A stretch of 64,000 nucleotides of DNA from an uncultured Candidatus Saccharibacteria bacterium (GTDB lineage: Bacteria; Patescibacteriota; Minisyncoccia; Phycocordibacterales; CAIZLB01): contig CAZUJN010000003.1 of the NCBI GenBank assembly GCA_964620475.1, forward strand, positions 5,647 to 69,646. The letters run 5' to 3'. The position numbers were made by a program, and so were the translations under genes. The notes under the pieces were generated by a model. That model saw only the letters and a list, made by a program, of their open reading frames with translations, made no database searches and was not told where the DNA came from. How positions within the stretch are numbered: the first letter of the stretch is position 1; each line of letters opens with the position of its first letter. Shown piece by piece: positions 58,420 through 64,000 of this stretch.

Positions 58420-59637
58420 ATGAATGATAAAATTAAAATATTAAGCATAGAAACAAGTTGTGATGAGACAGCTGTTTCAGTTCTAGAATATGACCATAAT
58501 AATGGAAAATATTTGATTCTTGCTGATTCTTTGAATAGCCAAATAGATATACATAAAGAATATGGTGGAGTATTTCCTACTGTTGCCAAAAGAGAGCATG
58601 GCAACAATTTGTTAAGTTTATTGAAAAATTGTCTTGAGAAAATTGATACGTCTGGTATTGAGATTAATATCGAAAATATGGAAATAGAAATATTATCAAG
58701 AGAGGAGGACCTAAAGAAGCAAATAGAAAACATATTTAAAGATAATTCTACAAATATACTTAAAACCGTACCGCAAATAGACTATATAGCCGTAACAAGA
58801 GGACCGGGACTTGAACCTGCTTTATGGGTAGGTCTTAGTTTTGCTAAATTCTTAGCAAAATTGTGGCAAAAACCATTATTACCTATAAATCACATGGAAG
58901 GTCATATTTCATCTGTTTTATTAGAGAATAATGTTGAAGAATTCCCTACCTTAGCCTTACTCATATCTGGTGGCCATACAGAATTAGTTGATATGGAGAA
59001 TTGGGGTAAATATAGAATTATCGGCAAAACAAGAGATGATGCTATTGGTGAAGCATACGATAAAGTTGCAAGGATATTAGGATTACCCTATCCCGGTGGA
59101 CCAGAAATAGCCAAAAAGGCTCAATATATAAGAGATAATTTCTCTGTCGATCAAATAGATATCTTAAAAAATAAATATTCTATAAAATTACCTAGACCAA
59201 TGATTAATAGTCGAGATCTTGACTTATCATTCTCTGGTTTAAAGACAGCTGTTTTATACCTAGTTAGAGATATAGGTGAATTAAATGAAGAAATGATAAA
59301 CCTTATCAGTCATGAATTTGAAAATGCTGTTTTAGAAGTATTAATAAAAAAATTAAATTTTGCTCATAGAGAAAATGATCATAAATACAAAAATTTAATA
59401 GTAGCCGGTGGTGTTATAGCCAATGATTTTCTAAAAGAACATATAAATAAATGGTGTAATGAAAATGAATTGAATTTTCTAAAACCAGATAAAAAACTAG
59501 CAACCGATAATGCTGTCATGATAGGATTAGCGGCAATAATAGGTCTTTCACATAATTATGTAAAAATCTTAGACCCCAAATCAGAAGAATTTATTAATTT
59601 AAAACCTGATGGAGATTGGTCTATTGATAATATATAA
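58420..59637 (+). CDS. tsaD: tRNA N6-adenosine threonylcarbamoyltransferase TsaD (Kae1/Gcp) with an insertion
   Basis: ILSIETSCDETAVSVL, HMEGH, SGGHTEL, GGV.AN motifs. Confidence 0.85.
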   Translation: MNDKIKILSIETSCDETAVSVLEYDHNNGKYLILADSLNSQIDIHKEYGGVFPTVAKREHGNNLLSLLKNCLEKIDTSGIEINIENMEIEILSREEDLKKQIENIFKDNSTNILKTVPQIDYIAVTRGPGLEPALWVGLSFAKFLAKLWQKPLLPINHMEGHISSVLLENNVEEFPTLALLISGGHTELVDMENWGKYRIIGKTRDDAIGEAYDKVARILGLPYPGGPEIAKKAQYIRDNFSVDQIDILKNKYSIKLPRPMINSRDLDLSFSGLKTAVLYLVRDIGELNEEMINLISHEFENAVLEVLIKKLNFAHRENDHKYKNLIVAGGVIANDFLKEHINKWCNENELNFLKPDKKLATDNAVMIGLAAIIGLSHNYVKILDPKSEEFINLKPDGDWSIDNI

Positions 59638-59646
59638 TTATGTTAT

Positions 59647-60411
59647 ATGCATCCTCAATTCTCAGATATATTAAATATATTGAATAATAGCTTTATAATA
59701 TTTTTTTATGCATTATTTGCAGGGCTCATTCCTGCATTATTATGGTTATGGTTTTGGCTTCATGAAAAAGACAAACATAAAGAACCGGTTAAGGTTATAT
59801 TTATGGTCTTTTTATTAGGTATGCTTGGCGTCTTTGTATCATTTATATTACAAAAAGCTTTGGCTATTTATTTTGATTTTAAGATAAATGATATAGGTAA
59901 CTTCGTTCGTTCATCACAAAATCATCAAATTACCAACCTGATTTTTGTTATAATTGAAGAATTTATAAAATTCTTATGTGCATACACGGTTTTCTTCAGA
60001 ACTAAAGTTTTTGATGAGCCTATAGATGCATTTATATATTTGATGACCGCAGCTTTAGGCTTTGCCGCTATGGAAAATAGTTTGTATTTAGTTAACCCTC
60101 TAATAAACGGAGACACTATAAACGTTATAATAAATTCAAACCTACGATTTATAGGTGCAAATGTGTTACATGTTGCCTCAAGTGGATTATTGGCATTATT
60201 TATAGGCTACGCTTTCTATAAAGGAAAAATAATTAAAGAGTTGTATACATGGATTGGATTAATATTTGCTGTACTATTACATTGGATGTTCAATATATTA
60301 TTAATAAATCACTCAAACTCTACTTTATTTATATTTCTATCAGTTTGGGTTGTGATAATTTTTTTAATACTAAGTCTAGAAAAAATAAAAAACTTGCGTA
60401 TAAAGGCTTAA
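59647..60411 (+). CDS. PrsW-family intramembrane protease-like protein
   Basis: GLIPALLWLWF, EEFIKF, and AALGFAAMENSLY motif regions. Confidence 0.65.
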   Translation: MHPQFSDILNILNNSFIIFFYALFAGLIPALLWLWFWLHEKDKHKEPVKVIFMVFLLGMLGVFVSFILQKALAIYFDFKINDIGNFVRSSQNHQITNLIFVIIEEFIKFLCAYTVFFRTKVFDEPIDAFIYLMTAALGFAAMENSLYLVNPLINGDTINVIINSNLRFIGANVLHVASSGLLALFIGYAFYKGKIIKELYTWIGLIFAVLLHWMFNILLINHSNSTLFIFLSVWVVIIFLILSLEKIKNLRIKA

Positions 60412-60428
60412 ACATTTAAAATATACAC

Positions 60429-60959
60429 ATGACTAACACACGTAAATCATTTTTGCAAAGATTAACCGGTAGCTTTAAAGATGACGATCAAGAAGCTATA
60501 GAAAAAATGAAACAAGTAAATCGTAAATCACTTAGAAATCTAAAGGATTTCGATGATGAAGAATATGAAGATATGGATGATGAACCTTCAGAAATAGAAG
60601 ATGAAGAAGATATGGATGACACACCTGCAACCGTAGAAGGTCAACTTGGTATCGATCTGTTTGAAACACCGGTAGAGGTTATAGTTAAAACTATGATACC
60701 AGGTGTAAGAAAAGATGATATAGATATATCTCTATCACGTGATATGCTCACAATCAGAGGTGAAAGAAAGGACGAGAAAACCATAGCTGACGATGATTAT
60801 CATTATAGAGAATTATATTGGGGTGCATTTTCTAGAACAGTTAAACTTCCCCATGAAGTTGATATAGATAAAGCCGAGGCCACAGAATCACAAGGCATGC
60901 TTACACTTAGACTTCCAAGAGTCGATAAAGAAAGACAAACAAAAGTTAAATTAAAATAA
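60429..60959 (+). CDS. Hsp20/alpha-crystallin small heat shock protein with acidic N-terminal extension
   Basis: ACD pattern: IDLFETPVEVIVKTMIPGVRKDDIDISL...GMLTLRLPR. Confidence 0.8.
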   Translation: MTNTRKSFLQRLTGSFKDDDQEAIEKMKQVNRKSLRNLKDFDDEEYEDMDDEPSEIEDEEDMDDTPATVEGQLGIDLFETPVEVIVKTMIPGVRKDDIDISLSRDMLTIRGERKDEKTIADDDYHYRELYWGAFSRTVKLPHEVDIDKAEATESQGMLTLRLPRVDKERQTKVKLK

Positions 60960-60972
60960 ATAGATCTTAAAA

Positions 60973-61002
60973 TAAAAATAGTCACAACATTGTGACTATT
61001 TT
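60973..61002 (+). terminator. Terminator after the Hsp20 gene
   Basis: ATAGTCACAAcatTGTGACTAT plus T-run. Confidence 0.5.
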
Positions 61003-61012
61003 TATTTACCTA

Positions 61013-61030
61013 CTTTTGTGCCAAGGGCCG
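61013..61030. repeat. 18-bp direct repeat duplicating the 3' end of tRNA-Phe (candidate att scar)
   Basis: CTTTTGTGCCAAGGGCCG occurs at 61013-61030 and again at 61132-61149, where it overlaps the tRNA-Phe acceptor/T-arm. Confidence 0.7.
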
Positions 61031-61136
61031 AGATCTCGTTCCTTACTGGAACAGTACACCTTTACGGTTTTATTCGGATCAGAGATCCTCAAAAACATCG
61101 TCAAGCTTTTCTCGCCCTACAAAAGCTCCGCTTTTG

Positions 61137-61209
61137 TGCCAAGGGCCGGGCTCGAACCGGCGACCCCTTCCTCTTCAGGGAAATGCTCTACCAACTGAGC
61201 TACCTTGGC
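61137..61209 (-). tRNA. tRNA-Phe (GAA)
   Basis: GCCAAGGUAGCUCAGUUGGUAGAGC...; loop CUGAAGA; GGUUCGAGCCC T-arm. Confidence 0.8.
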
Positions 61210-61216
61210 GTCTGTG

Positions 61217-61513
61217 TTATTGTATCAACCCTTTTAGAGAGTTTAACAATGAACCAGCCTGTTGTTGTTGACCTGTAATAGTACCAGTTAAATCATTTAC
61301 CTGATTATACAAATCTATGGTTTTTTCTAAATAAGGCTTTGTGTAATAGAAGACACCAAATGTTAAACCTATAACTATGAACCATTTCAAAGCTCCAAAA
61401 ATCATAGCGATATACGCACGTCTCTGTATACTCTCGAGTATATCGCTGTTTTCTGCAACTTTTTCTTCTATAACTTTGAGTCGATTTAAAATCTCTTCAA
61501 ATTCTTGGTTCAT
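61217..61513 (-). CDS. Hypothetical membrane/coiled-coil protein
   Basis: 98 aa with an N-terminal coiled coil and one TM. Confidence 0.45.
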   Translation of the reverse strand: MNQEFEEILNRLKVIEEKVAENSDILESIQRRAYIAMIFGALKWFIVIGLTFGVFYYTKPYLEKTIDLYNQVNDLTGTITGQQQQAGSLLNSLKGLIQ

Positions 61514-61534
61514 AGGAGTTATATTAGCAGAATT

Positions 61535-63811
61535 TTATTGTTTTATCAATCTAGACACAGCGGCAACAAAATCACTTTGAACCTTAGTATTTAACTCACG
61601 AAAAGCCATAAGACCTTCCCTCTTATACTCAACTATAGGATCATGTTGACCGATAGCCCTAAAGCCAACTGAGGTTTGTAAATGAGCCATATTATCCAAA
61701 TGGGTCATCCAATAATAGTCATTTATTTGCAGCCATACCTGCTTAGATATCTTATAAAAATCTTCTGTTTTTTTAGATTCAGGTATATCCTGACCTATTA
61801 ACATATCATCGATAATATTTTTCAACTCATCACCTTCTGCAACTAAAATTTTTCTTCTCTTAGAATATATACTTTGTCTTTGTTGATTCATAACATCATC
61901 AAATTCCAAAATTCTTTTTCGGGAATCAAAATTGAAACCTTCTATTTTCTTTTGAGCTGATTCAAGAGATCTTGAAACAAGTTTATGTTCTATAGCCTCA
62001 TCTTCAGGAAAATTCATCTTACTCATTAAACCTCTAAGTGGAGTGTTTGCAAATATGCGCATCAAATCATCTTCCATAGATACATAAAACTGAGTCTCCC
62101 CTGGATCACCCTGACGACCAGATCTTCCTCTAAGCTGATTATCAACACGTCTTGAATCATGTCTTTCTGTACCTATAACATATAAACCTCCCAGATTTCT
62201 AATCTCATCCATTTCTTCTTTAGTTGAAGGATTACCTCCGAGTTTTATATCAACACCACGACCAGCCATGTTAGTTGCTATAGTTACAGCACCTTTTTTT
62301 CCGGCTTGAGCTATTATTTCACCTTCTTTTTCAGCTAATTCAGGTTTAGCATTCAAAAGATTATGCTTAACACCAGACACTTTAAGATACTGTGATAATA
62401 ATTCACTTTTTTCAACTGAAATAGTACCAACCAAAACAGGTTGCCCTTTTTGATTTAATTCTTTTATTTTTTTGGCAATTGATTTAAATTTACCAATCTC
62501 TGTCATGTATATAAGATCATTTTTATCTACACGAGCAATAGGTCTATGAGTAGGAACCTCTATAACATCCAATCCATAAACCTTAAGAAACTCCTCTCTA
62601 GAAGTTAATCCTGTACCTGTCATACCTGCGAGTCTATCATATAATCTAAACAGATTTTGATATGTTATAGAAGCTGCTGTCTTACTTTCTTTTTGTATAT
62701 TCAAACCTTCTTTAGCTTCAATGGCTTGATGTATACCATCTGACCAACGACGACCTGGTTGCAATCTACCTGTTGATGTATCAACTATAATAACTTCACC
62801 ATCCTTTATTAGATAATCCACATCTTTATGATATATAGCTTTAGCTTTTATAGCAGTTTCAAGATGATGAACAAGTTTTATATTTTGACTATTATATAGA
62901 TCTTGAATACCCAACTTTTTCTCTGCTAAATCTATACCTGCATCTGTGATCATTATAGATTTAAATTTTTCATCATATATGAAATGTTCATCTCTATTCA
63001 TGCCGCGAGCAATTCCAGCAAAAGTCTTATATATATCATCTGACTCGTCAGAGGGTTGTGACACTATCAGAGGACTACGTGATTCATCTATTAATATAGA
63101 ATCCGCTTCATCTATAATTGCATAATAATGATCTCTTTGTCTTAATTCTTCTTTTGAATGAGCGATGTTATCAAACAAATAATCGAAACCGAAAACTGAA
63201 TTTGTTCCATATGTTATATCAGCATCATAAGCTTCTTTTCTAGTACAAGGGCGTAAAAATTCATATTCAACCTTAAATGAGCCTGTTTCATCTTCTGCAA
63301 CATCTTGTTCTTTGGTTGTATGTGATGGATCATATATAAAAGATTTATCTTGCATTATCACAGAAGTTGATAAACCAAGCGCATAATATATTTGTCCCAT
63401 CCAAACAGCATCACGTGCTGACAAATAATCATTTACAGTTACAACATGCACACCACGACCAACAAGCGCATTTAAATATGTTGGTAATGTTGCCATTTGT
63501 GTTTTACCTTCACCTGTTTTCATTTCTGCAATATTTCCATCATGCAATATCATTCCACCCACAAGCTGTACATCATAATGACGTTGATTTAAAGTTCTCT
63601 TTGCAGCTTCGCGTACCAATGCAAAAGCCTCAGGAATTTTTTCATCCAATTTCTTCTTATCGGAATCTTTCAATAAAACTTTTAACTCCAATGATTTATT
63701 TTTCAATTCTTCATCAGAAAGCTTTACAATACTATCCTCTAAAGCATTGATTAATTTAACTTTATTTTGATATTTCTTTATAGGCGAACCTAGGAAATTT
63801 AAAAATGACAT
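61535..63811 (-). CDS. secA: Preprotein translocase ATPase SecA (short form)
   Basis: MSFLNFLGSPIKK... N-terminus aligns with SecA; DEAD motor motifs. The ORF extends 15 codons further upstream. Confidence 0.9.
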   Translation of the reverse strand: MSFLNFLGSPIKKYQNKVKLINALEDSIVKLSDEELKNKSLELKVLLKDSDKKKLDEKIPEAFALVREAAKRTLNQRHYDVQLVGGMILHDGNIAEMKTGEGKTQMATLPTYLNALVGRGVHVVTVNDYLSARDAVWMGQIYYALGLSTSVIMQDKSFIYDPSHTTKEQDVAEDETGSFKVEYEFLRPCTRKEAYDADITYGTNSVFGFDYLFDNIAHSKEELRQRDHYYAIIDEADSILIDESRSPLIVSQPSDESDDIYKTFAGIARGMNRDEHFIYDEKFKSIMITDAGIDLAEKKLGIQDLYNSQNIKLVHHLETAIKAKAIYHKDVDYLIKDGEVIIVDTSTGRLQPGRRWSDGIHQAIEAKEGLNIQKESKTAASITYQNLFRLYDRLAGMTGTGLTSREEFLKVYGLDVIEVPTHRPIARVDKNDLIYMTEIGKFKSIAKKIKELNQKGQPVLVGTISVEKSELLSQYLKVSGVKHNLLNAKPELAEKEGEIIAQAGKKGAVTIATNMAGRGVDIKLGGNPSTKEEMDEIRNLGGLYVIGTERHDSRRVDNQLRGRSGRQGDPGETQFYVSMEDDLMRIFANTPLRGLMSKMNFPEDEAIEHKLVSRSLESAQKKIEGFNFDSRKRILEFDDVMNQQRQSIYSKRRKILVAEGDELKNIIDDMLIGQDIPESKKTEDFYKISKQVWLQINDYYWMTHLDNMAHLQTSVGFRAIGQHDPIVEYKREGLMAFRELNTKVQSDFVAAVSRLIKQ

Positions 63812-63908
63812 GATTATATTTATAGCATAAATAAAGGTAAAATTGAACCTAAACACAAAAACGCATAGATTTCTCTACGCGTTTTCGTTTTGTGGAACAA
63901 AGTAGTAA

Positions 63909-64000
63909 TTATTTCTTTTTAGCTACTTTTTTTACAGCTTTCTTTACAGTTTTTTTAACTGCTTTTTTAGCTGGTTTTTTTGCAACTTTTTTAACTGCTT
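63909..64000 (-). CDS. 3' end of a gene encoding a Lys/Ala-rich tail (AKKAVKK repeats); 5' end outside the window
   Basis: The reverse strand reads ...KAVKKVAKKPAKKAVKKTVKKAVKKVAKKK, then a stop. Confidence 0.35.
   Translation of the reverse strand, partial: AVKKVAKKPAKKAVKKTVKKAVKKVAKKK

Noticed and set aside
58296-58733. 145-aa minus-strand ORF overlapping the gyrA start and the tsaD 5' end
   Set aside because: It is antisense to the highly conserved TsaD N-terminus, has low-complexity Ser/Ile-rich composition, and is likely spurious.
60992-61278. Two plus-strand ORFs (68 and 86 aa) across the tRNA-Phe region
   Set aside because: They overlap the tRNA-Phe gene and its duplicated 3' end. 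There is no coding evidence.
1-64000. CRISPR arrays, rRNA genes, alternative genetic code (UGA as sense)
   Set aside because: No regularly spaced direct repeats. No 16S, 23S or 5S signatures. All long conserved genes read through with standard stops, so code 11 fits and there is no evidence for code 25 or 4.

Overview
This 64-kb window is AT-rich (roughly 30% GC by eye), with densely packed, mostly short genes. It is almost certainly a reduced-genome bacterium under the standard genetic code: DnaK, GyrA, SecA and TopA all read through as intact ORFs. Several housekeeping proteins are short (ProS 419 aa, AlaS ~610 aa with no C-Ala domain, SecA ~758 aa, DprA 233 aa), and there are tandem pilin-like genes, a type IV pilin and a BdbC/BdbD pair, which together look CPR/Patescibacteria-like; that is an inference.

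Recognisable backbone genes are recR (partial), rplU, dnaJ, infA, proS, alaS, pepF, xth, serS, dprA, topA, parB, a ZIP transporter, asnB, dnaK-grpE, the rpsI-rplM and rplQ-rpoA-rpsD-rpsK-rpsM ribosomal cluster, gyrA, tsaD, a PrsW-like protease, an Hsp20, secA, and six tRNAs (Glu, Thr, Ala, Lys, Leu, Phe).

The most interesting region is a roughly 8-11 kb accessory island at ~17.3/20.2-28.5 kb, abutting the 3' end of tRNA-Glu. It carries:
- a large serine recombinase;
- a ParB-fused DNA methyltransferase overlapping a terminase-small-like HTH gene (a prophage remnant);
- a P-loop ATPase fused to an NTF2-like domain, preceded by a poly-G(10) tract;
- a VanX-type dipeptidase;
- a tightly overlapping three-gene operon: a HaeIII-family-like type II restriction endonuclease, a C5-cytosine methyltransferase, and a 739-aa RloC-like ABC ATPase with a CxxC zinc hook and a C-terminal Rx6H (HEPN-like) motif. 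I read this as a restriction-modification system with an anticodon-nuclease-type backup.

Other notable points:
- Five tandem paralogous small VirB2/TrbC-like pilin genes at 52.4-54.5 kb, one with SGNQGTSNQ tandem repeats.
- Several strongly GC-rich islands in this AT-rich genome. Two are protein genes at 50-60% GC. The others are promoter- and terminator-bounded plus-strand noncoding units of 110-420 nt, which look like structured RNAs I cannot classify by eye.
- A Cys-less L36 gene missing from the ORF track, and a sigma-region-4 protein inserted in the ribosomal cluster.
- An 18-bp duplication of the tRNA-Phe 3' end, which looks like an att scar.
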